Of a DNA stretch of 64,000 nucleotides, positions 55,270-64,000 are shown piece by piece; positions within the stretch are counted from its first letter, which is position 1, and the number at the start of each line of letters is the position of its first letter. The DNA is from an uncultured delta proteobacterium (GTDB lineage Bacteria; Desulfobacterota; Desulfuromonadia; Geobacterales; DSM-12255), in the NCBI GenBank assembly GCA_963810975.1, contig CAWEPN010000004.1, positions 1,157 to 65,156 on the forward strand, given 5' to 3'. The notes beneath the pieces were generated by a model that saw nothing but the letters and a program-made list of their open reading frames with translations, had not been told where the DNA came from and did not search any database. The position numbers and the translations under genes were made by a program.

Positions 55270-55890
55270 CGGGTAACCAGAATAATCCGCACTGGCTGTG
55301 AGTTCATAGTTGTGCCAATTGTTATACTTACCGTACAGAAATAATCGCTCTTCATGTTATAACTGGCCAGGGCTCCCAGATTCAGACCGAGATTCTTCAT
55401 CAACTCCAGACTGTGGACCGACGGAAAGAGTGTAGAAGAGCCCGGTAATCCTTCGCCTGCTGCCAATCGCAATAAACAGCCAATGTCGGGGAGAGGAGCG
55501 TGTTTAGTGTTGCCTTGAGATACAGCTCGTTGGTGTCAAGCTGCACTGTCAAGGTTGTAATAAATATTGCCGACATTAAGCGACAGCAGCTCAACCGGCT
55601 TGTATGTATAGTTAAGCGTGATGTCTGTTTCGGTAACCTCACCCGCTTTGAGAGTAGGCCCGCTGACCATCTGCTCATTGCTCCAGTAGCTCACGGTAAA
55701 ATCCTTGTAACTGACATCCACACCACCCTGAACAACCCCTCTGCTATTGCTAAGATCAAACCCACGCCAAACATACTTGCTTGCCGGACTGACATAAACA
55801 TCACCGGAAACCTTGACTTCCGCCACCGCAACGGTAGCAACCGCTGTCATCATTACTGCCGCCAATCATCACAACAAACTTTTTCATACT
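55270..55890 (-). CDS. Small outer-membrane beta-barrel-like protein upstream of glnK; apparently frameshifted (low confidence)
   Basis: Signal peptide MKKFVVMI..AVATVAVAEVKVSGDVYV. The alternating beta pattern continues across track ORFs 55536-55865, 55400-55678 and 55266-55472 in different frames. Confidence 0.35.
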
Positions 55891-56120
55891 TGTACCCCTT
55901 TGTAGTAGATTTGGTGATCATTCACCATGTGTTGAACAGTTAGTTAAGGTATCGCTGTGAATTCAGATTTTGTTTAAATACTTAGCATAAGCCGTGCCAT
56001 CAGTTGATAACTCAGTATTTACCGACTGTTAACCTGATTTTAATCACTCAAAGGGATGCTTGCTCCCCAACCTGTCCTAATAAACCTGCACAAAATTTAA
56101 TCAGTGAAGGCAGAAAAGCA

Positions 56121-56714
56121 TCACTTAGCTACAGATCTTCTCCCGGAACCACATTCAGTCAGCATAATCGCCTCGGCAATCTTGAGCAGTGTTGTCCTTT
56201 TATCCATGGCCAGCTTTTGCATCCGCCTGAAAGCTTCAGGTTCGCTCAACCCATGCTCGCGCATCAGCAAGCCCTTGGCCTTCTCTACTGACTTCCTGTT
56301 TTCAAGAGCGCCTTCAAGAGCGGCCACCTTCTCCTTGAGCTCTTCGAGTTCATGATTATGGACAGCAGCCAGCTCAATTGCCGGCCAGAGCTCTTCCTTG
56401 CGAACCGGTTTTGCCAGAAAACCGCCTGCACCGGCAGCTATAGCCATTTCAATCGACTCGGCACTGAAAGCAGAGCCTACCATGATGACAGGAATATGCT
56501 GTTTTGAGCGGATACGCTTGATTGACTGTAACCACTCTGTACCCGCAGCAGCAGTATCAATGATCGCCACATCTGGAAGATGATCTGCCGCGAGAGAACA
56601 GGCGCGGTCGTTATCCGTAGATTCTAAAATTTGTGCAAAGCCAAGCTCATGCAGCATAAATTTAAGGCGTTCACCTTCAGTGGCAGTTGCGGTGCAAATA
56701 AGCGCATTCTTCAT
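56121..56714 (-). CDS. REC plus ANTAR RNA-binding antiterminator response regulator (AmiR/NasT-like)
   Basis: N-terminal receiver. C-terminal ANTAR (VEKAKGLLMREHGLSEPEAFRRMQKLAMDKRTTLLKIAEAI). 197 aa. Confidence 0.82.
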   Translation of the reverse strand: MKNALICTATATEGERLKFMLHELGFAQILESTDNDRACSLAADHLPDVAIIDTAAAGTEWLQSIKRIRSKQHIPVIMVGSAFSAESIEMAIAAGAGGFLAKPVRKEELWPAIELAAVHNHELEELKEKVAALEGALENRKSVEKAKGLLMREHGLSEPEAFRRMQKLAMDKRTTLLKIAEAIMLTECGSGRRSVAK

Positions 56715-56950
56715 TGATTTCGCCTCCTTAGGAGTGGTGCAGAGCAGAGCACCACCGACTGATACCCAAGTAAAAGCATCAATCGAGCCAATACCGAATT
56801 TATAAAATATTTTGACTTATTTAAAAGGAGAGTGAGACAGGAGAGACCCAAAAATTGCTTCAAAGACTGCCCGGATCAAGAGAAGAATGAACAAATCCAG
56901 TCAGTTGGAAGCTTGCTGGAAGAGAACATCAGGCTTTTCCGGACAGGCCC

Positions 56951-57768
56951 TTAGCCGTAACTCCCCATGCTTGCCAGGGCAAACACCAAATCCGGCCGAT
57001 ACTCCGGAGGCTTGCCGCGGTACATCAGCAGCGTGCTGCCGTTGGCAGTAAAGCCGTTGGTCTGCAGGAGTCTGGCCGCGCTTGGGTTTTTTTCCGGCAC
57101 ATCGAGAAAGATGGCGCCGCTGCCGCTAACCATCCCAGGGTCTTTGCCAGCAGCTCGACCGCTACTCTGCCGCTGGTCGCTCCCCAGGGGCCAAGCTGCA
57201 ATCCTGCCTCCTGCTGCAGGCAGCTGAGGAAGCCGCCATCCATTAACTGCCAGCCGGAACCGCTGTTGCTACTGGAAAATAGGGCAGTCCGCCGGTCTCC
57301 CCAGCCTATGGAATCGAGGGCCGCAGCGTATCGCAAATCCACCGCTGCAGGGAGGGGCGCCTGCAAGCTGCCGCACATGCGCCACCGCCGGATGGTGTCA
57401 ATGGCTGTGAAGCCCAGGCGGCGATAGAGGTCCGCACCGTCGCTGGAGGCAGTGAGCCAGACCGTGCTGCAGCCGTCGGCGTCGAGCCGCCGCAGCACGG
57501 CCTGCATCAGTTCCCGGCCAAGTCCCTTGCGGCGGTGGTGCGGCGCAACAATCAGGTTGCCGATCCAGGCGGAATTTGTGTAGCGAATGGCGGTGATGAA
57601 CGCTGCCGTTTCTCCGTCGACCTTTGCTGCAAGGCATCCTTGCGGGTAGTGCTGGCGCAGGAAAGTAAACTCGTTACGGTCTGTTATCCAGTTCTCGGCG
57701 GCCGCCAGCTGTAGAAAGAGCTCCTCGTCCGCGTGGTCGAACTGCTTCAGCGTTATTTCAGCTGGCAC
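56951..57768 (-). CDS. GNAT-family acetyltransferase with a C-terminal extension; frameshift near 57100. Fused to nifB in the track because of a nifB frameshift
   Basis: GNAT core WIGNLIVAPHHRRKGLGRELMQAV. C-terminal piece in track ORF 56951-57133. Probable GTG start overlapping the nifB end. Confidence 0.5.
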
Positions 57769-58719
57769 TGCAGGCTGCCCGGGCAAACTGCATATCCTGG
57801 CCGATAAGGCCGATTGCATCAGCCCGGCACTGTTTGCAGTGTTTGAACTGGCCGATAATCTTTTCGTTGGCAGACTGAACAGCGGCAATCTCCTCGCTGT
57901 TGGCGGAGTAATGCCGGCAAAATCGGACTGGGGGATAATCGGCATGACATTCATGACAAATGCCCCCAGTGACTTGACTTTTTCGGCAATCAACGGGATC
58001 TGGGCATCGTTGACCCCCGGAATAAGGACGGTATTCACCTTGATGGTCATGCCGTAAGCAGCGGCGCTTTTCAATCCGGACAGCTGGTTGGCGATCAGGA
58101 TTGAAGCTGCCTCTTCCCCGCTGTAGCGCTTGCCGTGATAATTGATGTGGCTGTAAATCTTCGCTCCGACTGCCGGATCAAGCGCATTGACCGTAACCGT
58201 CAAACTGTGGAGATCCAGCGCCTCAAGATCATCGATCCGCTCAGGTAGAAGCAGACCGTTGGTGCTCATGCATTTGATCAGGTGGGGGAACTCTTCACCG
58301 ATAAGCCGGAACGTCTCGAACGTCTCTTCATTTGCCAGCGGATCGCCAGGCCCGGCAATGCCGATAACCTTGATCAGTTGACCGAGCATCTCGCTCGCCA
58401 TGACTTCACGAACCTTCTCGATAGCCTCCAGAGGGGTCATTATCCGGCTGGTAACCCCGGGGCGGGATTCATTGGCACAGTCGTGACGGCGGCTGCAGTA
58501 GCCGCACTTTATGTTGCATTTCGGCGCAACCGCAAGATGCATCCTGCCGTTCTTGTGATGATTACCGCCAAAACATGGATGGCCCTGAATGTTTTTTCTT
58601 CCGGAACATGCACTTCCCATGACGTACCCCCTTTCTCTGTAAAAAGAGCCCTGCAGAGAATGCTCCTGCAGGGCTCCATTGCCCGACGTAAATTCTGTTT
58701 TAATTTTGCCGCGTTGCAA
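57758..58719 (-). CDS. nifB: NifB-type radical-SAM protein (SAM domain only, no NifX-like C-terminal domain); frameshift near 57880
   Basis: HPCFGGNHHKNGRMHLAVAPKCNIKCGYCSRRHDCANESRPGV signature. True C-terminus ...KHCKQCRADAIGLIGQD...ACSAS* found in the +2 frame, with the stop at 57758-57760. Confidence 0.7.
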
Positions 58720-58966
58720 CTCACCTTTGCCTAAACTATGCCAACAGCCCTAATCCGCAAAAAAACAGCTAGTTACCGTTTTCTTGGAATTCAGGCAGGA
58801 GAATTTTGAAACTGTTTTTGTTGAGGGCTGCGGCAGAGCTGATTACTCATTAAGCAGATTCCCAGATCAAAACGAGACCGCTAATCCCTTAAGCCCCTTG
58901 ATTAGCGATTTTTCTTACTGGCACGTTAAGTGAAGTACAAGTTGAAACACCAGGAAGGAGGGGTAT

Positions 58967-59197
58967 ATGGAATCAGTTAAAATGTTGACCGTAGAAGAAT
59001 CTGCCGAGGCGCTTGCCACCACAAAGACGAAAATCCTGATGCTGCTGAAAAACGGCGACCTGAAAGGAGAGGAGAGAGAAGGAACGTGGTTTATTGACGC
59101 CGACTCCCTGGCCTGCGCAAAATCGCACGGTATTGACATGAAGACAGCAAAAGGGTGCGCCAGCTATTGCAACTCCGGCGGCTGCGGTTGCAACTAA
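58967..59197 (+). CDS. Small HTH (excisionase/MerR-like) protein with a Cys-rich C-terminal tail
   Basis: LTVEESAEALATTKTKILMLLKNGDLKGEEREGTWFI is an HTH_17-like pattern. Tail KGCASYCNSGGCGCN. 76 aa. GGAGG RBS. Confidence 0.55.
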   Translation: MESVKMLTVEESAEALATTKTKILMLLKNGDLKGEEREGTWFIDADSLACAKSHGIDMKTAKGCASYCNSGGCGCN

Positions 59198-59204
59198 ATC
59201 TGGA

Positions 59205-59396
59205 TTCAGCAGTTGAAAGCTGCCTACAGTCGAGCAGACGTGCTATTTCTGCAATTCCAAGCTCATTTCGCTACAGCCGATAAACTCACCCTTTGGGTTC
59301 AGACAGTATCGGCTGTTGACGCTCCATTTCGCTAAGAATTGCAACAAAATAGCCCTGATGCTCTCATTCCGGCACCTTCCAACTGCTGGTTTGAGG
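59205..59396 (+). mobile_element. Family-B element, full-length divergent copy A (about 192 bp)
   Basis: Terminal inverted repeats CAGCAGTTGAAAG / CTTCCAACTGCTG. Core stem ACAGCCGATA/TATCGGCTGT with substitutions compensatory relative to copy B. Confidence 0.6.
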
Positions 59397-59415
59397 ATAA
59401 ACGGGAGGTACTATC

Positions 59416-59712
59416 ATGGGCATCATGGTCAAAGCTTCAGATCTTTACTACCGCTACCCGAAAGAGACAACAACCCGGCATGTCGCCAAATTCAGCGGCA
59501 AACCCGACAGGGCACCGTTCAATCGTGACGATCTCTACGATGTTCTCCCCATGCTCGGCGCAGTTATGGATGAGCTCGGCAGCGATGAGCAGAACACCCT
59601 GCAGATAGCTGAAGAAATCATGATTCGTGAACTACCGCGCTTCATCGAGAGTCGGGAAGATGTGTTCGACTTCCTGGTCGGTTGTACGAATGAAAAGCTG
59701 GGGAGAGCGTGA
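59416..59712 (+). CDS. Hypothetical 98-aa protein, translationally coupled (ATGA overlap) to the downstream draG-like gene
   Basis: GGGAGG RBS. No recognisable motif. Acidic C-terminal half. Confidence 0.5.
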   Translation: MGIMVKASDLYYRYPKETTTRHVAKFSGKPDRAPFNRDDLYDVLPMLGAVMDELGSDEQNTLQIAEEIMIRELPRFIESREDVFDFLVGCTNEKLGRA

Positions 59713-60614
59713 TTGCAGCCGATGAACTGCTGAGCCGCAGCAAAGCTGTTCTGCTCGGTGTTGCGGTGGGGGATGCCCTTGGCGCACCGGTCGAGTTCAT
59801 GACACCTGGCGAGATTGCCGCAAAATACGGCAGATTGGATGAAATGGTAGGCGGCGGCTGGCTGCGGCTCAAACCCGGCCAGGTTACCGACGACACCGAA
59901 ATGACGCTCTGCCTTGCCCGGGGGATCGTCAATTCCGGCGATTGGGATCTGCGCGCGATTGCCGGCGAGTTTGCCGGCTGGCTCAAATCAAAGCCGATAG
60001 ACGTAGGTGACACCTGTCGGCGCGGTATCCGGAACTTCATGTTGAAAGGGGAGCTGGAGACACCGCCAAATCAGTGGGATGCCGGTAACGGCGCCCTGAT
60101 GCGGATGACTCCGGTTGCGCTTTATTCCATTGGCAATGATGAACTTTTAGAAAAATATTCCCGGGAACAGGGACACCTGACCCACAATCACCCGCTCTCC
60201 GATGCCGCCTGCATAACCTACGGCCGGATGACCCAGATGGCGCTGCTGGGTGCCGAAAAAAGCCGCTTGCGCCGCGAGGCGGAGAGGCTTGTCGCAGAAT
60301 ATCCCACCTTCAGGTATGACCCCTATCCCGGTCTGGCAACAGGCTATGTTGTCGATACCATTCAGACAGTATTCCACTATTTCTTCCGCAGCCGTTCCTT
60401 TGAGGAGTGCATAGTTACAACCGTCAACCGGGGCGGCGATGCCGACACCACCGGCGCTATAGCCGGAGGGCTGGCCGGCGCCTACTACGGACTGGAGGAT
60501 ATCCCGCGCCGTTGGCTGAAAAAGCTTGATGGCCGCTACCTGGCGGAACTGAAGTCCCTTGCCTCAAAACTGATTAATCTCTCACCGTACCGTAGCAATA
60601 CCTACAGCAAATGA
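59709..60614 (+). CDS. draG: ADP-ribosylglycohydrolase, DraG-like (ADP-ribosyl-[dinitrogenase reductase] hydrolase family)
   Basis: ARH fold motifs GVAVGDALGAPVEF, DDTEMT, GGDADTTGAIAG. 301 aa. Confidence 0.75.
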   Translation: MIAADELLSRSKAVLLGVAVGDALGAPVEFMTPGEIAAKYGRLDEMVGGGWLRLKPGQVTDDTEMTLCLARGIVNSGDWDLRAIAGEFAGWLKSKPIDVGDTCRRGIRNFMLKGELETPPNQWDAGNGALMRMTPVALYSIGNDELLEKYSREQGHLTHNHPLSDAACITYGRMTQMALLGAEKSRLRREAERLVAEYPTFRYDPYPGLATGYVVDTIQTVFHYFFRSRSFEECIVTTVNRGGDADTTGAIAGGLAGAYYGLEDIPRRWLKKLDGRYLAELKSLASKLINLSPYRSNTYSK

Positions 60615-60761
60615 AAAAGCCAGCTCTATCATGCTGCCAAATCCAGCGGACTGCGCACCCCGCGACTTCCCTTGTTCAGCTCGTGAGTATAGATTATATT
60701 AGATTTTACACTTGAAAGGACTTCAGTTTAAGTCCAGCGGATTCATATGGACTAAATGAAC

Positions 60762-61016
60762 TCAGTAGTGATAGCGACAGGCGATAACCACAATCTCTGT
60801 TTCTTCCACTTGGTAGACAAGCCGATGTTCCCGGTCAATCCTGCGAGACCAGCAACCGGCAAGCTGAAAACGGAGAGGTTCCGGTTTTCCTGTGCCCTCA
60901 AAAGGGGTTCGCCGAATTTCTTCAAGAAGTGCTAAGACCCGTTCTGCCTGGCGTTTATCAGTCTTTAGCCAATACCGCAGGTCGTCGAGAGCAGTCGGTG
61001 TGAAAGTAACGTTCAT
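60762..61016 (-). CDS. yoeB: YoeB/Txe-family toxin (RelE superfamily)
   Basis: 84 aa. FTPTALDDLRYW...GKPEPL...WSRRIDREHRLVY. Confidence 0.85.
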   Translation of the reverse strand: MNVTFTPTALDDLRYWLKTDKRQAERVLALLEEIRRTPFEGTGKPEPLRFQLAGCWSRRIDREHRLVYQVEETEIVVIACRYHY

Positions 61017-61267
61017 AACCCAAGAGCATCCATGGGGGTTCGCTTTCCAGACCGTGCCTCTTTAAGTGATTGCAGTAGTCGTGAAGCATTAGCAGGACTG
61101 GAAAGCAAATATTCGCTCTCCATAATAGACTCATAGTCTTCCAAGCTTACGAGAACCACGCTTTCACCTTTTCGACGCGTGATCAGGATCGGTTCATGGT
61201 TACTGCAAGCATCGTCCATAACATTCTTAAGGTCATGGCGTGCTTCGCTATATGTAATTGCCTGCAT
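61013..61267 (-). CDS. yefM: YefM/Phd-family antitoxin
   Basis: MQAITYSEARHDLKNVMDDA...ILITRRKGESVVLVSLEDYESIMES. GGAGG RBS 5 nt upstream of the internal ATG at 61267. Overlaps yoeB by 4 nt. Confidence 0.8.
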   Translation of the reverse strand: MQAITYSEARHDLKNVMDDACSNHEPILITRRKGESVVLVSLEDYESIMESEYLLSSPANASRLLQSLKEARSGKRTPMDALGL

Positions 61268-61504
61268 ATCAACCTCCATAATGACAAGATATTGTACAAT
61301 AACATGCTGAAATTTAAATGGCAAGAAGAACGACTTTATGGAGAATGAAGCATATTCTGTGGTCAAGAAAATGGGGTGGTGTCAAACCTGCTCTCTTGAT
61401 AAAGTTAATTGTGTCGGCTTGACACTATGTTTTTCTTGCTAAAGCGGCAAAACCCCTTTGACGAAACGGAATAAACCGGTAGTATTAAGTAATATAAACT
61501 TAAA

Positions 61505-61712
61505 TTCGGCAGTTAAAGATGTCCTTCGGCGCTCCAAATGCCCGAATTCTGTAATGCTAAGCTCATTTCACTGCAGCAGCCAAAGGTACTGTGTACGTCC
61601 TCACCCTGCGGGTTCAGACAATATCTGCTGCGGACGTTACATTTCGCTAAGCATTACGACGAATTACGGGCAAGTCGCTTCTTCAGAACACCTCCAACTG
61701 CCGTTTTAAGGA
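61505..61712 (+). mobile_element. Family-B element, full-length copy C (MITE-like, about 208 bp), forward orientation
   Basis: Near-identical inverted duplicate of 42369-42577. Track ORF 61538 begins inside it. The real nfeD start is downstream. Confidence 0.65.
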
Positions 61713-61732
61713 CGAATACTGCCGGTGGTGCC

Positions 61733-63019
61733 ATGCTGAGACTTGTTTTCCTCATACTGCTCCTGATTACGCCTTGCCCTGCCATTGCGGAGGGGCCGCC
61801 AGCCGTCGCGCTCGTCGAGGTGAACGGCCCGATCAATCCGGTTGTAGCCGGTTTCCTCCAAAAAAACCTGGCCGAAGCGGCCCGCCGCGGCGACCGGCTG
61901 CTGCTGATCGAAATGGATACCCCCGGCGGTCTGGACAGCTCCATGCGCGGCATAGTCAAGGATATCCTTGCCAGCCCGGTGCCGGTTGCGGTCTTCGTTG
62001 CCCCGTCCGGCGCCCGCGCCGCTTCGGCCGGCGCGGTTATCGCCCTGGCGGCCGACATCTGCGCCATGGCGCCCGGCACAAATATCGGTGCGGCCCATCC
62101 GGTAACCATGGGTATTGGGGCAGAACCGGACAAGGTGATGCAGGAAAAGCTGGTGAACGACGCCGAAGCTTACATGGAAGGAATCGCCACCAAACGGGGG
62201 CGCAACGCCGACCTGGCGAAGAAGATGGTCCGCGAGAGCATCTCTCTGCCGGCGGAGCGGGCACTGGCGGAGAAGGTGATCGACCTTGTGGCCACGAACC
62301 GGCAGGAACTGCTAAAGGAACTGGATGGCCGGCCTTTTCTCCGGGACGGCAGAGAAACGGTCCTGCGGCTGGCAGGGGCGAAGGTCGTTCTGCATGAAAT
62401 GGGGACCAGGGAAAGAATCCTCAACGCCATCAGCGACCCCAATGTTGCCTATGTGCTGATGATGCTCGGTTTTCTCGGCCTGTTCTTCGAGCTCTCCAAC
62501 CCAGGGGTGATCGTCCCGGGGGTTATCGGCGGCATCTCCCTGATCCTGGCTTTTTTCGCCATGCAGACCCTGCCGGTAAACTTTGCCGGAGTACTCCTCA
62601 TTCTTCTCGCCGTAGTCCTCTTCATCGCCGAGATCAAGGTCGTTTCCCAGGGGATTCTCACCATCGGCGGAGTGATCTCCATGATCCTCGGCTCACTGCT
62701 TCTGTTCGAGTCGCCCGCCCCCTACCTGCGGGTGTCATGGCAGGTCATTCTGGTGACCGTGCTGATGACCGCCTTTTTCTTTGTTTTTGCCGCCTCCAGG
62801 GCGTACAGGGCCCATCAGCGCAAACCGGTCACCGGTAACGAGGGGCTGGTGGGGGAAGTGGGGGTTGCCGAGACGGACATTGCACCGGAGGGGAAAATAT
62901 TCGTCCGGGGCGAATACTGGGACGCCACTGCGTCCGAACGGGTCGTGCAGGGGGAGAAGGTGGAGGTGACTGCCGTGGAAGGGATGCGCGTCGTGGTCAG
63001 GAAAACGACGCAGGGCTGA
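61733..63019 (+). CDS. nfeD: NfeD-family membrane protein (ClpP-class serine protease domain, TM segments, C-terminal OB domain)
   Basis: Signal/TM MLRLVFLILLLITPCPAIA. ClpP-like fold region with GGLDSS and GAAHP motifs. C-terminal OB-fold. The ATG at 61733 lies after the repeat. Confidence 0.8.
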   Translation: MLRLVFLILLLITPCPAIAEGPPAVALVEVNGPINPVVAGFLQKNLAEAARRGDRLLLIEMDTPGGLDSSMRGIVKDILASPVPVAVFVAPSGARAASAGAVIALAADICAMAPGTNIGAAHPVTMGIGAEPDKVMQEKLVNDAEAYMEGIATKRGRNADLAKKMVRESISLPAERALAEKVIDLVATNRQELLKELDGRPFLRDGRETVLRLAGAKVVLHEMGTRERILNAISDPNVAYVLMMLGFLGLFFELSNPGVIVPGVIGGISLILAFFAMQTLPVNFAGVLLILLAVVLFIAEIKVVSQGILTIGGVISMILGSLLLFESPAPYLRVSWQVILVTVLMTAFFFVFAASRAYRAHQRKPVTGNEGLVGEVGVAETDIAPEGKIFVRGEYWDATASERVVQGEKVEVTAVEGMRVVVRKTTQG

Positions 63020-63095
63020 TAGCCGGTCAACTTCCGCTTTATGAATCAAACATGGATTTTTCACAGAGTCGAGTCGCATTTCAGGGAGGAAAGAC

Positions 63096-63863
63096 ATGTT
63101 CAACATTTTCAATTATGTCCCGCTGATGTTTGTCGTGGTTCTGCTCGTCATGTTCGCCGCCGCCGCAGTCCGCATCCTGCCGGAGTACGAGCGGGGGGTT
63201 CTCTTCCGCCTCGGGCGGCTGGCCGGCCTGCGTGGCCCGGGGCTCTTCTTCATCATCCCGGGGATCGACCGGCTGGTGCGGGTATCCCTGCGAACCGTGG
63301 CCTTCGACGTGCCGCCGCAGGACGTCATCACCCGCGATAATGTCACGGTCAAGGTTTCGGCGGTCATCTACTTCCGGGTGATGGCGGCGGACAAGGCGAT
63401 CTGCGAGGTGGAGAACTACCTCTACGCCACCAGCCAGCTCTCCCAGACGACACTGAGGAGCGTCCTCGGCCAGGTGGAACTGGACGAGCTTCTGGTCAAC
63501 CGGGAAAAGATCAACAGGGAGCTGCAGGAGATCCTCGACCGGCATACCGGCCCGTGGGGGGTGAAGGTCTCCAACGTGGAGGTGAAGAACATCGACCTGC
63601 CGCAGGAGATGCAGCGGGCCATCGCCAGGCAGGCGGAGGCCGAGCGGGAGCGGCGCGCCAAGATAATCCATGCCGAAGGGGAGCTGCAGGCATCGGAAAA
63701 GCTTGCCATGGCGGCCAAAGTGCTGGCGGTGGAGCCCGGTGCGATTCAGCTCCGTTTTCTGCAGACCCTGACCGAGATCGCCGCCGAAAAGAACTCCACC
63801 ACCATCTTCCCGGTGCCGATCGACCTGATCTCGATGTTCATGGAAAAGCGGGAGAAGGGCTAG
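63096..63863 (+). CDS. SPFH/band-7 stomatin-like protein (NfeD partner)
   Basis: N-terminal TM, the SPFH domain and a coiled-coil [16 protein letters not shown]. 255 aa. Confidence 0.85.
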   Translation: MFNIFNYVPLMFVVVLLVMFAAAAVRILPEYERGVLFRLGRLAGLRGPGLFFIIPGIDRLVRVSLRTVAFDVPPQDVITRDNVTVKVSAVIYFRVMAADKAICEVENYLYATSQLSQTTLRSVLGQVELDELLVNREKINRELQEILDRHTGPWGVKVSNVEVKNIDLPQEMQRAIARQAEAERERRAKIIHAEGELQASEKLAMAAKVLAVEPGAIQLRFLQTLTEIAAEKNSTTIFPVPIDLISMFMEKREKG

Positions 63864-63885
63864 CGCAGGAGTCAAAGGAGGGGTT

Positions 63886-64000
63886 ATGAAATTGATAATT
63901 GTGACAGTGCTATTACTGGCCACGACCGTAAATATGGCTTTCGCTGCCTGTGAGCCGATAAAATATGAACAGATTGAAGATTTGGAGAAGGATGAACTCG
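63886..64000 (+). CDS. Start of a secreted/lipoprotein gene (truncated by the window end)
   Basis: MKLIIVTVLLLATTVNMAFAAC... is a signal peptide with a possible lipobox. Confidence 0.3.
   Translation, partial: MKLIIVTVLLLATTVNMAFAACEPIKYEQIEDLEKDEL

Noticed and set aside
57025-58719. 564-aa NifB-GNAT fusion protein shown in the ORF track
   Set aside because: The NifB C-terminus (KHCKQCRADAIGLIGQD...stop at 57758) is found in another frame. The apparent fusion is produced by a frameshift near 57880 running nifB into the downstream GNAT reading frame.
58918-58934. TGGCAC motif upstream of the HTH-Cys gene as a sigma54 promoter
   Set aside because: The -12 GC element is missing at the required spacing (TGGCACGTTAAGTGAAG). 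The candidate on the nifB side has 12 rather than 10 nt between GG and GC.

Overview
This 64 kb window looks like a Desulfuromonadales (Geobacter/Pelobacter-type) chromosomal region. It is gene-dense and mostly housekeeping or accessory metabolism.

Main content, in order:
- An oxidative-stress operon: Fur-family regulator (likely PerR), a 37-aa rubredoxin-like ORF missing from the ORF track, a flavodiiron protein and desulfoferrodoxin.
- A LarA-like / GlcD / GlcF lactate-glycolate oxidase cluster.
- A methylmalonyl-CoA cluster: carboxyltransferase, an atypical 959-aa biotin carboxylase-BCCP fusion, a Tmk-like protein with a degenerate P-loop, the mutase catalytic subunit, and the epimerase.
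- A frameshifted outer-membrane porin-like gene (inferred from signal peptide and C-terminal F only), pyruvate kinase and hypFCD.
- NDH-2, a MacAB-type efflux pump, mscL, ttcA and an rlu-family pseudouridine synthase.
- A hybrid histidine kinase with a response regulator, a CoA-transferase, and a TPP riboswitch upstream of thiC.
- A nitrogen-regulation neighbourhood: amtB-glnK, an ANTAR response regulator, a SAM-domain-only nifB and draG.
- yefM-yoeB, and an NfeD-stomatin pair.

Four things stand out:
1. A roughly 1375-aa membrane-anchored SPFH(band-7)-AAA+-AAA+-Lon-protease fusion gene sits next to a XerC/D-like recombinase. I do not recognise this architecture as a described family, though I cannot search databases to confirm that.
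2. About ten copies of a CACAGAG-rich palindromic intergenic element are present. One copy is 457 bp and carries a decayed GxxExxY (PD-(D/E)XK) gene between its inverted repeats.
3. A second repeat family of 120-210 bp shows compensatory base changes in a hairpin. It has two near-identical inverted copies about 19 kb apart, and a solo end abuts the stop of a truncated radical-SAM ORF.
4. Apparent single-base frameshifts are very frequent, in roughly 15 genes or more. This argues for assembly indel errors rather than real pseudogenes.

No CRISPR array, rRNA or tRNA was found.
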